From a bacterium (GTDB lineage: Bacteria > Sumerlaeota > Sumerlaeia > SLMS01 > JAHLLQ01), in NCBI GenBank assembly GCA_020444065.1, contig JAHLLQ010000003.1, forward strand, positions 132,979 to 196,978: a stretch of DNA of 64,000 nt. Direction: 5' to 3'. A program made the position numbers and the translations under genes. Positions within the stretch are counted from its first letter, which is position 1, and each line of letters begins with the position of its first letter. The notes beneath the pieces were generated by a model. That model was given only the letters and a program-made list of their open reading frames with translations. It had not been told where the DNA came from and searched no databases. Below are positions 9,861 through 19,177 of this stretch, one piece after another.

Positions 9861-10964
9861 ATGATGATGAGACGAGCTATGTGCAACCGGATAATCGGGG
9901 GATTCGGGGGATGGGGAGCAGTACTGCTGATGCTGGCGCTGGTCGTGCCGGCAGCGGCTCAGCGTGCCGTGCTGAACGAGGTTGTGATCGATTCGGGCAG
10001 CGGTGAGGACTCGGAGTATGTCGAGCTCTTCACGATGCGGCCGAGCCAGGATCTAGGCGGTCTATCGATCATTACGATCTCGGCCCAGGGCGCGGACACG
10101 GGCAGGGTGCTGGGGCGCATGGATTTGCCCCGGGGCGCCCGAAGCAACAGCAACCAGCTCTTCCTGCTGGCGAACCAGCGCACGATCAACCTTTACGGGA
10201 TCACGCCGGACCTGACGTTCCAATCGACGGATTTCTCGTTCCCGGACCAGGCGCAGACGGTCCTGTTGGTCTCGACCGATAACGCGCCGCGGCCAGGGAC
10301 GGTTCTGCGCGGCACGGAGCAGTTCCTGATCTACGACGGCGTGGCGATCGTGCAGAACCCGGGCTTTGACCAGCCGATGTTCGGCGTGCCGGCGATCGGA
10401 CCCGACGGGACTCGGGTTCCGGCAGGCGTGTATCGCATTCTGGACGGGCGCGACAAGAATCTGCCGTCGGACTTCTATATGAGTTCGCCGTCCGGCCCGG
10501 GCAATCCGGAAAACACGCCGGGCGTGCTGAATGCGAGTGGGTACACATTCCCCGCGGCGCGGCCCCAGCCGACTCCGGTAGTGGGCACGGCCCGGGGAGC
10601 CCAGTCGACGGGCATCGCATGGGATCGTGATCCGAAGTTCACGTTCCAGCGCAGCCTGCGCGCGCGGCAGGGGTTCGTGATTCTGTTCTCCGCGACGAAC
10701 AACATGGACGCGACGCGCCTGTTCCAGGAACTGAACACGAGCCAGGACTTCGCCAAGTCGGTGCGGGACAATAAGGTGAACCTGACGTACGTGGACCTGG
10801 CGCATGACGCGCAGGGCTCGGAGTGGGCGCGCAAGTGCAAGGTGTTCCGCGTGCCGACGATGGTGGCGTACGATTCGAGCGGGAACGAGGTGAACCGGAT
10901 CGTGTTCGATGTGACGCGTTCGGCGTCGCCGCAAGCGGTGGATTTCTTATCGACGACCTACTGA
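9861..10964 (+). CDS. Secreted protein: lamin-tail-like N-domain, PT linker, thioredoxin-like C-domain without CxxC
   Basis: Signal peptide; VLNEV...EYVEL and NTPG motifs; C-terminal KVFRVPTMVAYDSSGNEV. Confidence 0.65.
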   Translation: MMMRRAMCNRIIGGFGGWGAVLLMLALVVPAAAQRAVLNEVVIDSGSGEDSEYVELFTMRPSQDLGGLSIITISAQGADTGRVLGRMDLPRGARSNSNQLFLLANQRTINLYGITPDLTFQSTDFSFPDQAQTVLLVSTDNAPRPGTVLRGTEQFLIYDGVAIVQNPGFDQPMFGVPAIGPDGTRVPAGVYRILDGRDKNLPSDFYMSSPSGPGNPENTPGVLNASGYTFPAARPQPTPVVGTARGAQSTGIAWDRDPKFTFQRSLRARQGFVILFSATNNMDATRLFQELNTSQDFAKSVRDNKVNLTYVDLAHDAQGSEWARKCKVFRVPTMVAYDSSGNEVNRIVFDVTRSASPQAVDFLSTTY

Positions 10965-11042
10965 CAGATTTCTCATAGCGTCCCCCCGTACTGCCGTCCC
11001 CGCCGTCCCCCCGATCGGCGGGGATGGCGCATGTGGGGGTAT

Positions 11043-11149
11043 TGTTGCACGCCTACAGCGTGCGGACCTTTGGGCTTCGGTACCCAGGGCGGGGCTCGCC
11101 GGGCGCTCGATTGCCCTGGGCTGTCGGATGTGGAATCCCGTTGGGATTC
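11043..11149 (+). repeat. ~107-bp multi-hairpin repeat, copy 1
   Basis: GCACGC-n5-GCGTGC, CCCAGGGC...GCCCTGGG, GAATCCC-GTT-GGGATTC; similar copy at 12349-12456. Confidence 0.85.
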
Positions 11150-11182
11150 TTGCTGGGTTGGCCTGGCTTCGCCTGATGATAT

Positions 11183-11821
11183 TCAATTGGTAGCGCGGCG
11201 GCTGTGCAAGTACGCGATGCCGCGGGCGGTGATCTCGGCCATCATGAGAGCCCAGATCCAGGGGAGTTCGATGATCTGGATCGCCATCGGATGGACGAGG
11301 AGGATCACGGCCGTTTCCGTGCAGAGGCCGAATCCGATGAGCGCCGGAAACAGCCAGTGGCGGGACGGCTGAAGGTATTCCATCCCAACGTAGGAGATCC
11401 AGATGCCGGCGCCGAGACCGAAGTAGAGGAGCAGTCCGGGAGAGTGGGGGAGGAAGGATCTGGCCGGCGTCGGTGTGCAACAAGTCACGAGCAGAAGAAC
11501 GAAGGCCACCATGGATGGCGCCGGAAGTCTCCGCATCAGTCTTCTGCGTGCGATTGCCACGGCCACGGCATTCCCCCGGACTTCTCTTGCCGATCTCTTC
11601 AGGGCGTCCCTGTGCGAAATCCTCCCGGCTGCAATGAACAGGAGGAATACGGCGGAGGGGCAGATGGCAAGCCAGCGGATGGCCAGTGTGGCATCTGGCC
11701 TCTCTTTCATCCAGTCCGCGTTGCTCTCGTAATAGGTGATCAGGTGGTAGCAGTCGAAGAATGCGATGCCGGCCAGGGTGAGACAGAGCAGGAGCCAAGT
11801 TGATTTCAGTGTTTTTTCCAT
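11183..11821 (-). CDS. Hypothetical membrane protein
   Basis: 212 aa, several hydrophobic segments, AGGAG RBS. Confidence 0.65.
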   Translation of the reverse strand: MEKTLKSTWLLLCLTLAGIAFFDCYHLITYYESNADWMKERPDATLAIRWLAICPSAVFLLFIAAGRISHRDALKRSAREVRGNAVAVAIARRRLMRRLPAPSMVAFVLLLVTCCTPTPARSFLPHSPGLLLYFGLGAGIWISYVGMEYLQPSRHWLFPALIGFGLCTETAVILLVHPMAIQIIELPWIWALMMAEITARGIAYLHSRRATN

Positions 11822-11845
11822 CTCTGTCTCCTTTCAGCCCAGCGG

Positions 11846-12274
11846 CTAGCTCGTCAGGTGAACCATGTAGGTGGATTGTTCCGTTTTTCTGACCGTGGAG
11901 TGGTAGCCGATGGAGCCGCCTTCGCTCGGGCAGTAGATCGTCGTGCGGATGTGAAAGCGCGACTCGTTCTCCGTAGAGAGGATACAGACGGAATGGTAGT
12001 ACGAGAGCTGGGGGTGTTCTTGGATGTATTCGTCCATCTCGGCTTTGTCGTTGCGAATGTGGTCGGCCAGGATAAGGGCGACTTCAGCGAGGGTGGTCGC
12101 TTCGATGACTTCGTCCTCTGGCAAGGTGAGAGAGACGTCCTCCGTCGGAATTGGGCCGGATTCCCATGCGCGCAGGAGATGGAGAAGATCGTTCTCCGAG
12201 ATTTCGCTGCCCGGCGGCCAACTGGATGGCGGGGGAACGTGGGGATGGGCGATCGGCTTCTGCTTCTTCGTCAT
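11846..12274 (-). CDS. Hypothetical protein
   Basis: ORF from MTKKQKP; acidic globular composition; 24 bp upstream of the next gene. Confidence 0.55.
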   Translation of the reverse strand: MTKKQKPIAHPHVPPPSSWPPGSEISENDLLHLLRAWESGPIPTEDVSLTLPEDEVIEATTLAEVALILADHIRNDKAEMDEYIQEHPQLSYYHSVCILSTENESRFHIRTTIYCPSEGGSIGYHSTVRKTEQSTYMVHLTS

Positions 12275-12348
12275 CAAGAGTTCCCTTTTCCGGAGGTTTG
12301 CTGCGGGTCCGTTGCGGGTCAAGCTGGAGGGGTCGGCGGGCACGATGG

Positions 12349-12456
12349 TGTTGCACGCTTACAGCGTGCGGGGTTCGTGGCGTTGGTACCCAGGGCGGCG
12401 CTCGCCCGGGGGCTCGCTTGCCCTGGGCTGTCGGGTGTGGAATCCCGTTGGGATTC
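12349..12456 (+). repeat. ~107-bp multi-hairpin repeat, copy 2
   Basis: Direct repeat of 11043-11149. Confidence 0.85.
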
Positions 12457-12661
12457 CAATTGGAATGGCAGCATTCAATTGGCGATTTGACCTCTCTCGG
12501 GGGCTGTAGTTTGGAGGCCGGATGGCAGGGCGTGACGGGCGGGGTGACAGGGAGTGACAGGTTGTTTCTCCCAACTTCTTTTGGGTGTGAACAAAACACT
12601 TGCGCCTTTTCCCGGGTATTAGCGAGGACTGGAGATAAGCCCAAATCTAAGGAGGCGCCTC

Positions 12662-13138
12662 ATGCGCAAACTCTTGCTTGCACTGGTAGTGGTATGTGCT
12701 CCCCTTCTCACCGGATGTCTTGGCATGACCCCCATGCCGATGTCCCAGTATACCAATGACAAAGGCCTGGATAACGAGCACGTCACTCGGACTCTGGATC
12801 CTGTCAATGCCGAGTACAAAATCCTCGGCGCCGTCGAAGCGACGGGAAATTCGCGCGTTATTTGCGGTTTCGTGTTTGCTGAAGGCTCGGAAGGCTACGG
12901 CCTGCTGATGCGCAATGCCCGCGATCAGTACGATCCGGACACGACGACGATTCTGTTCCCGATGATGGACTACGAGTACTCCGGTATTCTGTACCCGATC
13001 TGGGGCACGATGAAGACGAACTACTACGGCACGGCTGTGAAGGCGACCGACATCGAGCAGATGGGTGCGGACGTCGCGGTGGACGAGGACGTCTATCCGG
13101 ACTCGGGCGGCCTGCTTGGTGGCTTGCTTCCGTTCTGA
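12662..13138 (+). CDS. Lipoprotein
   Basis: Lipobox LTGC after a hydrophobic stretch; TAAGGAGG RBS. Confidence 0.8.
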   Translation: MRKLLLALVVVCAPLLTGCLGMTPMPMSQYTNDKGLDNEHVTRTLDPVNAEYKILGAVEATGNSRVICGFVFAEGSEGYGLLMRNARDQYDPDTTTILFPMMDYEYSGILYPIWGTMKTNYYGTAVKATDIEQMGADVAVDEDVYPDSGGLLGGLLPF

Positions 13139-13163
13139 TGAACGCGACGAGCGGATGAAGTTG

Positions 13164-13195
13164 AAGAACCCGGCGGGTCGACCGCCGGGTTCTTT
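13164..13195. terminator. Intrinsic terminator
   Basis: AAGAACCCGGCGG-GTCGA-CCGCCGGGTTCTTT. Confidence 0.8.
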
Positions 13196-13249
13196 GTGTG
13201 CTGGGGGATGGAGTTCTTTGGAGACAATCAGCCTTTGGCGGATCCGCCA

Positions 13250-15112
13250 TCATAAGCGGGATTCGGGCCGGCAATGATTTCCTGTGCTGCAGTACCCGCA
13301 GGTCGAACGATCCTTGAAGTACACGACTTCAGGCACATGGCAGAAGTAGTAATATTTGATCTGTGGATGGAAGACAGCTCCCTGTGAACCGAGCCTGAAC
13401 CACGAGCACCAGATTACATTCTCATATGGTAGTTGTTCGCTCCCGTTCCATCCAAGTGAATCCCTAAGGATTTGCATCGCGGTTCTTCCCTCAGAGATGA
13501 TGTCGTCCACGAAGAGTATGCTCCCCTTTCCAGAAGGAATGACCGGGGCGACTTCCAGTCTAATGTGGCGATGTCCTTTCTCATAGAAAGTGAATGTGGC
13601 TGCCGCTTCCATTTCAAGCGCTAAGTGCGCTGCAAACGGAATCGTACTCGTTCCGACTCCCACCACGCAATCGACCTTCAATGGCCTTACCGTATCAACG
13701 ACGACTCTGCGCATTTCAGAGAGAAGAGAGAGCTGGGAGATCAGGGAGCGGCATTTCAATAGGATATTCGTGTGTGCTCCCGTCTCCAATACTACTCGGG
13801 CAAATATGCGGTTTGACTGGTACCAATCCCTGAGCGCGCTTTCAATATCCGGGGCATCCAACCTGAAATCGCCATTCGAAGGCTCTGGCAGCAAAATCTC
13901 GGCAGTCGTACTAGCATTCTCCAGCAACTGACATCCTACAAAACCGCCTGCCTCCTCGCCTGCACCATCGTCGCAGCTACCATTCAGAGGTGGAAGGGAG
14001 TGCATTGGATCTGCTTGTTCTTTCGAATCCCCGGCGCTCATTGTCTGCACCGATTGTGTCCACCTGTCGATTGTCTCCGCGATTACTTCCTCCGATAACA
14101 TCACCTCCTGAGCCGCTGTAGGAAAGCGCTTAGAAACAGTGGCGTCGACACGATTCTTCGGTTCGCCAGCCTTCTCGAACATCGCATTGATTTTTCGAAT
14201 TTCGCTTTCGATCTTGCTAATCCTGAACTCGCTCAAGAAGCGCTCTGCGCTCTCCTTAAGGGCTCCACTTGATTCTAATGGATATACCGGTCGAAGTTGG
14301 ATCTCAGCAGCCCTCTCTGATCCCGTGACTATTATCTCTTTCACGAGTGCGCATGAAAGCCAGTGTGTTTGTGATTCAGGCGGGACGTCAGAGCTACTGA
14401 AGCGCTCTAGCTTGGAAAGTCTCAGTTGGGATCCATCGAGTTCATCTGCCAGCCTGAGCAGTCCTGCAAGCAGGCGTGGGCGAAAAAGATCCTCGCGGAA
14501 TTTCGTCATTGTGAACTTCGGAGACCCGGAGCTGTGGCACTCATCCCACAAGCGTCCATTTGAGTGTGCAAAGGCAATCAGGTGGCATTTGTGTAAGAAA
14601 TCTCGCGATCTTGGATCGGCGAGGCAGGGCGGGGGTATTGCCTTGGGCCATATGCCATCATCTTTCACGGCTTCTTGAATCAATCTGCGGCCAATCTCCA
14701 CATGACTCTTGCGCACCTGATCGGGCGTAAGATCACCCAAGTCCTCGTAGAGAGTCTCCCTAAGGCTCTTCTTTGCGGGAGCCTCCTGGGCAGAGATCAG
14801 ACGATATTGCATCCCAATGTCGTGGATCGCGGACGCCACAGCGAGAGCTACTAATTCAGGAATGGACAGCGGGGGCACCTTGTGCGCGTAGCCATTCTCG
14901 AATAGCTGTTGGCAGTATCCACAAATACGAAGCGAGTGCTCGAGAGTGTGGTCGGTATAGAACGTGTCTTCAATCCTCTCCCATATCGAATGGGCGGTGA
15001 CAATAGCAAGTCGGAGACTACCCTTCATGTCGAAGTCGGGATAAGATCTCAAATCAGAAACGCCCAGTCTCTCCAGGAAGCGCCCGACTTCCCTATCCGG
15101 ATCGATAGACAT
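13250..15112 (-). CDS. HD-domain (HD-CE-like) protein fused to a C-terminal phosphoribosyltransferase
   Basis: YTDHTLEHSLRI...IHDIGM...AH...LLRLADELD (HD); ILFVDDIISEGRT (PRPP loop); terminal CGYC. Confidence 0.8.
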   Translation of the reverse strand: MSIDPDREVGRFLERLGVSDLRSYPDFDMKGSLRLAIVTAHSIWERIEDTFYTDHTLEHSLRICGYCQQLFENGYAHKVPPLSIPELVALAVASAIHDIGMQYRLISAQEAPAKKSLRETLYEDLGDLTPDQVRKSHVEIGRRLIQEAVKDDGIWPKAIPPPCLADPRSRDFLHKCHLIAFAHSNGRLWDECHSSGSPKFTMTKFREDLFRPRLLAGLLRLADELDGSQLRLSKLERFSSSDVPPESQTHWLSCALVKEIIVTGSERAAEIQLRPVYPLESSGALKESAERFLSEFRISKIESEIRKINAMFEKAGEPKNRVDATVSKRFPTAAQEVMLSEEVIAETIDRWTQSVQTMSAGDSKEQADPMHSLPPLNGSCDDGAGEEAGGFVGCQLLENASTTAEILLPEPSNGDFRLDAPDIESALRDWYQSNRIFARVVLETGAHTNILLKCRSLISQLSLLSEMRRVVVDTVRPLKVDCVVGVGTSTIPFAAHLALEMEAAATFTFYEKGHRHIRLEVAPVIPSGKGSILFVDDIISEGRTAMQILRDSLGWNGSEQLPYENVIWCSWFRLGSQGAVFHPQIKYYYFCHVPEVVYFKDRSTCGYCSTGNHCRPESRL

Positions 15113-16160
15113 ATCGAATCTCCTCTCGGGGTGTGCAGAGCGAGAAGATGCTCTCTGGACTAACTAGAAAAGGACGACCAATCGAGAGATTGAAGCAGCA
15201 TATTACTTGGCACACTTCTGTGTCGATAGCATTCAGTACCATTAGGGCCTTGTCTATTTCTGCCCCTGTAGCCATGACTTCCGCAAGAAGTGCGGCTCTG
15301 GCACCGGATAGGACTGTATTTCTGGCGGCAGAGATTCGCTTCGCGGGAATTGGCCCAACCTTATCGATAACACAGAGCTGAATCCCAGTGATGGCCTGTA
15401 CAGCGGCGGCGACAAAGAGAGAGGATTGATTCGCCACGACCAGCGTATCCACATCACGTGTATGGCTAATCGTGTCATCGCAGTATCCACCCAAGAGCCG
15501 GTAGGTGACTTCATAGGCACAATCAAGGAGATCCTGGGGACGGGTAAGCATATGCTTTATGGAGAGGTAGCATGACGTGTACATGCCATTATCCATCTGT
15601 AAGAATGGCTTTCCCTCAATCTCTGTCTTTACGAAGAAACCATTCGATTCCGTGGGCAAAATGATGCCTCCGGCACTGAGGTACTTCCTGAACAATCGAT
15701 CCGACCAGAACTGTCGAAATTCGAGAAGGGTCGAAAATGGGAACCGCGTCTGAAGGTCAACAAGCAACTTGGAATTGTGGCCGGCGAACCTCTCGACCAA
15801 GTTGCCTTCACGATCGAAGCTTATAAATGGAATATGGACGTGTGACCATTCTTCTCTGAGGGCCTTCTCGAGTTTCGACTCGCCCCTCACGAGTGCGAAT
15901 CCATCACTGGATGAAAGCGGAGATGCCATTAGCTCCAAGAAGGCACTCACTCGATCGGGCGCAATAGAAAGGGCACTGAAAGGCGTGAAATCTATGACTG
16001 CGGGAGATTCGTGCGGAAGAATTGCTTCAAGCGCGAGTCGCAAGTCTCTTTCGTGTTGAAGAGTTCCATAATCGTAATCCCGCAAGCGCGCGAGTGGATT
16101 AAACTGGCCTGAGCGCAGCTCACGGGCAATCGCCAATTTCAAAGGGTCAACAACTTTCAC
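15093..16160 (-). CDS. PRTase-fold protein with degenerate PRPP motif
   Basis: MDNGMYTSCYLSIK (OPRTase-like hood); ALLAEVMATG in place of hhhDDhhTTG. Confidence 0.65.
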   Translation of the reverse strand: MKVVDPLKLAIARELRSGQFNPLARLRDYDYGTLQHERDLRLALEAILPHESPAVIDFTPFSALSIAPDRVSAFLELMASPLSSSDGFALVRGESKLEKALREEWSHVHIPFISFDREGNLVERFAGHNSKLLVDLQTRFPFSTLLEFRQFWSDRLFRKYLSAGGIILPTESNGFFVKTEIEGKPFLQMDNGMYTSCYLSIKHMLTRPQDLLDCAYEVTYRLLGGYCDDTISHTRDVDTLVVANQSSLFVAAAVQAITGIQLCVIDKVGPIPAKRISAARNTVLSGARAALLAEVMATGAEIDKALMVLNAIDTEVCQVICCFNLSIGRPFLVSPESIFSLCTPREEIRYVYRSG

Positions 16161-16161
16161 T

Positions 16162-17376
16162 TTATTGTACCCGTTTCCTCAATCTAAACTCTATCATTAT
16201 CTGACATCCGAAAGAGGCGGGAAGTGTCGTGAATTTCGAACTCCTGCGCACGAATTCAAGTGCTCTCTTCCATAGGTTGAGAAAGCATGCATGACCTTCT
16301 TCTTGAAGCATCCCTGGAGAAGCCTCGACTTCCCTTTGAATCAGCTCTCGATGCTCCCGAAAGTAGTCCAAGTCTTTTGCCTCTCGAAATTCGAATGTCA
16401 GGCATCCTTCATTGCTTATCATCGTGAAACAAGCTTGGTCAAAGGCCGAATCGGCATCGAGGCTGGACAGGTATTTTAGTATCGAGATTAAGCCGTGCTT
16501 CTTGCGCTCGATATGAAGCAACCGAAGGGCGCAGGCAGCTTCCAGTGTAGCCCGTGAGTTGGTGGGAGATATACTAAGTGCATTCAATAGATTGCCTGAG
16601 GTGTGACCCAGTTCCCGCTTCATGACCTCAACAAGGTTGTCGTGTACTCCATCCCCCGGATCGCAGCATATCATTCTTACCCGAGCTGGATTGCTGAAGG
16701 CGGGCTGATGTTCGACGACCGGATACGCGGTCCTTGCATACTTGATAGAGTTTGATATTAGCTCGACGCAAGAATCCGCAAAAAGCCGGTGTTCATCCTC
16801 GATTGCCAGGATCCTCTCCAGATCCTCAGTCTGGGCACTCTCTGGTTGCTCGAGGAAGAGGCGGAAGTAATCATGGACCCATTTGCGATAGGGCTCCGTC
16901 GCCGAATTCATAATGTCCCCGACGGTGGTTGAAAGTCCTGTCATTAGCTCGAAGAACCCCGCAGGCTCTCGCTCCACGACCCTTGTTAGCCGGATTAGAG
17001 AATTTCGGCTATCAAGATTCTGGGCTTGATCCGGACGCAAGTCAGACGTCTTCCAGAAGTCGCCAAGTTGCGTGAACTTGGCGTTCTCCTCCGACTCCCA
17101 GTAAATCAGCTCACCTCCAGCCCTTTGCCAGAGTGAGGGGAATCCGGTAAACCACACGAGCCTGCTGGGGAATGAGCCTGCCTTTGGGAGTTCGACCTCG
17201 GTTGGCCCAAGGCTCTTCCTGTATCTCCATTCGCAACCGGCAACTAACCATGCTAAACCGGATACCTCGAGCCGCTGGAAGTCGTCCAGCTTGACGCGAC
17301 AGACACCAGATGACATCAAGATATGGATCCCGTCGTGCGGCGGCTTGACGAAGTAGTCCCAGTCGAGTGTTTTCAC
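16162..17376 (-). CDS. Possible STAS-like N-domain plus GHKL/HATPase-like protein
   Basis: CVELISNSIKYA (N box), ICCDPGDGV (G1 box), KHGLISI; GTG start with GGAGA RBS. Confidence 0.65.
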   Translation of the reverse strand: MKTLDWDYFVKPPHDGIHILMSSGVCRVKLDDFQRLEVSGLAWLVAGCEWRYRKSLGPTEVELPKAGSFPSRLVWFTGFPSLWQRAGGELIYWESEENAKFTQLGDFWKTSDLRPDQAQNLDSRNSLIRLTRVVEREPAGFFELMTGLSTTVGDIMNSATEPYRKWVHDYFRLFLEQPESAQTEDLERILAIEDEHRLFADSCVELISNSIKYARTAYPVVEHQPAFSNPARVRMICCDPGDGVHDNLVEVMKRELGHTSGNLLNALSISPTNSRATLEAACALRLLHIERKKHGLISILKYLSSLDADSAFDQACFTMISNEGCLTFEFREAKDLDYFREHRELIQREVEASPGMLQEEGHACFLNLWKRALEFVRRSSKFTTLPASFGCQIMIEFRLRKRVQ

Positions 17377-17618
17377 TTTTCGATCTCCATGGGATATTAA
17401 TGAACATACGCGATGCACAGGCCTCTGGTGCAAGTGAAAACACAAGTGGTAGAAGTTCTAGGGGCTTGCCGGAACCCAAATGGGCATAGTGGCATTGGGG
17501 ACTGAAGGGGGAGTGAGTGTCGGCACGAGCTTGCCTGCCAATATCCTCCTGCGGGTGGTTGGCTTGGATGTTGCCTCGGCGGTGGAGGCAGTTGGATTCT
17601 GACCCTGGGGGTCTGGAT

Positions 17619-18812
17619 ATGAAGATCGGTATTGTGTGTTATCCGACGTACGGCGGGTCCGGCGTGGTGGCGACGGAGTTGGGGCGGTTTCTGGCGCTGC
17701 GCGGGCACGAGGTGCATTTTATTTCGGCCTCGCTGCCGTTCCGGCTGGCTCAGTCGACGGATGACAACATTCATTTCCACGAGGTGCAGTCGATCACTTA
17801 TCCGGTGCTGCAGGGCGAGCTGTATGGCGTGACGCAGGCTTCGAAAATCGTGCAGGTGGTGGAGGAGTTCGGGTTGGACGTGGTGCATGTGCATTACGCG
17901 GTGCCGCATGCGATTTCGGCGTTTATGGCGCGCGAGGTTCTGGGGCGCGAGGATCATCCGTTCAAGGTGGTGACGACGCTGCACGGGACGGACATTACGC
18001 TGGTGGGACGCGCGCCGTCGTTCTTTCCGATTGTGCGTTATGCGATCGATTACTCGGACGCGGTGACGACGGTGTCGGAGTGGTTGCGGCGCGAGACGAT
18101 CGATGAATTTGCGATCAAGCGGCCGATCGAAGTGATTCCGAACTTCGTGGATGTGAAGACTTTCCGGCGCGGTCTGCAGCCGTGCAAACGGAAGCACTAT
18201 GCGCCGAATGGCGAGAAGATCGTGATGCACACGTCGAACTTCCGTCCGGTGAAGCGCGTTCAGGATGTGATCAAGACGTTTGCGAAGTTGCGCAAGGAGG
18301 TGCCCGCGGTCTTGTTAATGATCGGCGATGGGCCAGACCGCGACATGGCGCATTCGCTGGCGCGGGATCTTGGGGTGGATCGCCACACACACTTCCTGGG
18401 CAAGCAGGAAAACATCGAGCTGTTCATGTCGTGCGCGGATCTTTTTCTGTTCCCCAGCGAGTATGAGTCTTTCGGCCTGGCGGCGCTGGAAGCGATGGCG
18501 TGCGAAATCCCGGTGGTGGCGTCGGACGCGGGCGGTCTGAAGGAAGTGATCGTGCACGGAGAGACGGGTTTCCGTGCTCCGGTGGGGGATGTGGATGCGA
18601 TGGCAGGTTACGGCATTCAGGTGCTGAAGGATCAATCGCTGGCGAACTCGATCGGTTGGGCGGCGCGCGATGCGGTACACAAGAATTTCCTGCCGGAGAT
18701 CATCGTGCCGCAGTACGAGGCGTTGTATGCGCGGGTGATGAATGGCTCATGGCCGGTGCGGCCGGCGCCGGAATCGCGCGATGAAGTGTTCCGTCACGCG
18801 GAGGGGATTTGA
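17619..18812 (+). CDS. bshA: N-acetyl-alpha-D-glucosaminyl L-malate synthase
   Basis: MKIGIVCYPTYGGSGVVATELG, HVHYAVPHA, TTLHGTDITLVG, SNFRPVKR, ESFGLAALEAM. Confidence 0.95.
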   Translation: MKIGIVCYPTYGGSGVVATELGRFLALRGHEVHFISASLPFRLAQSTDDNIHFHEVQSITYPVLQGELYGVTQASKIVQVVEEFGLDVVHVHYAVPHAISAFMAREVLGREDHPFKVVTTLHGTDITLVGRAPSFFPIVRYAIDYSDAVTTVSEWLRRETIDEFAIKRPIEVIPNFVDVKTFRRGLQPCKRKHYAPNGEKIVMHTSNFRPVKRVQDVIKTFAKLRKEVPAVLLMIGDGPDRDMAHSLARDLGVDRHTHFLGKQENIELFMSCADLFLFPSEYESFGLAALEAMACEIPVVASDAGGLKEVIVHGETGFRAPVGDVDAMAGYGIQVLKDQSLANSIGWAARDAVHKNFLPEIIVPQYEALYARVMNGSWPVRPAPESRDEVFRHAEGI

Positions 18813-18963
18813 GGGACGGCCTTGTCGCGTACTCGTACTCAGCGAAGCGGTACTCGAACTCGTACTCGGAGTTGTTTCATGCTGCTGCTTGCGGGCGCCG
18901 AAGTTCGAGAACGATTACGAGCACGAACCCGGAATGGGTCGCGTCGGAAAAGGACAGTCAATT

Positions 18964-19093
18964 GAGGTGACTTGGCCATCCTTGGCCAAGCGTCCGGGGC
19001 GCGAGCAGGTTCCGTACGGTTCACGACCTTTCTCCACATTCATACGCGAAGCTTGGTTGGCTCGCTCTTGGGCAGAGATGCCCAAGTCACCTC
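18964..19093. repeat. Inverted REP pair (REPIN-like)
   Basis: GAGGTGACTTGGCCATCCTTGGCCAAG at 18964-18990 and CTTGGGCAGAGATGCCCAAGTCACCTC at 19067-19093. Confidence 0.85.
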
Positions 19094-19149
19094 GATGTGA
19101 TCGCTGGCGAGATGCGGCACTGGTTTCGTTGGGGCGTGCGGGTGTACTT

Positions 19150-19172
19150 GCCGGTTGGAAGCCAGCGGTCCC
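19150..19172. repeat. Second REP type (GCCGGYTGGAAGCCRGCGGTCCC)
   Basis: Second copy at 59085-59107; both lie just past a gene end. Confidence 0.6.
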
Positions 19173-19177
19173 GGATA

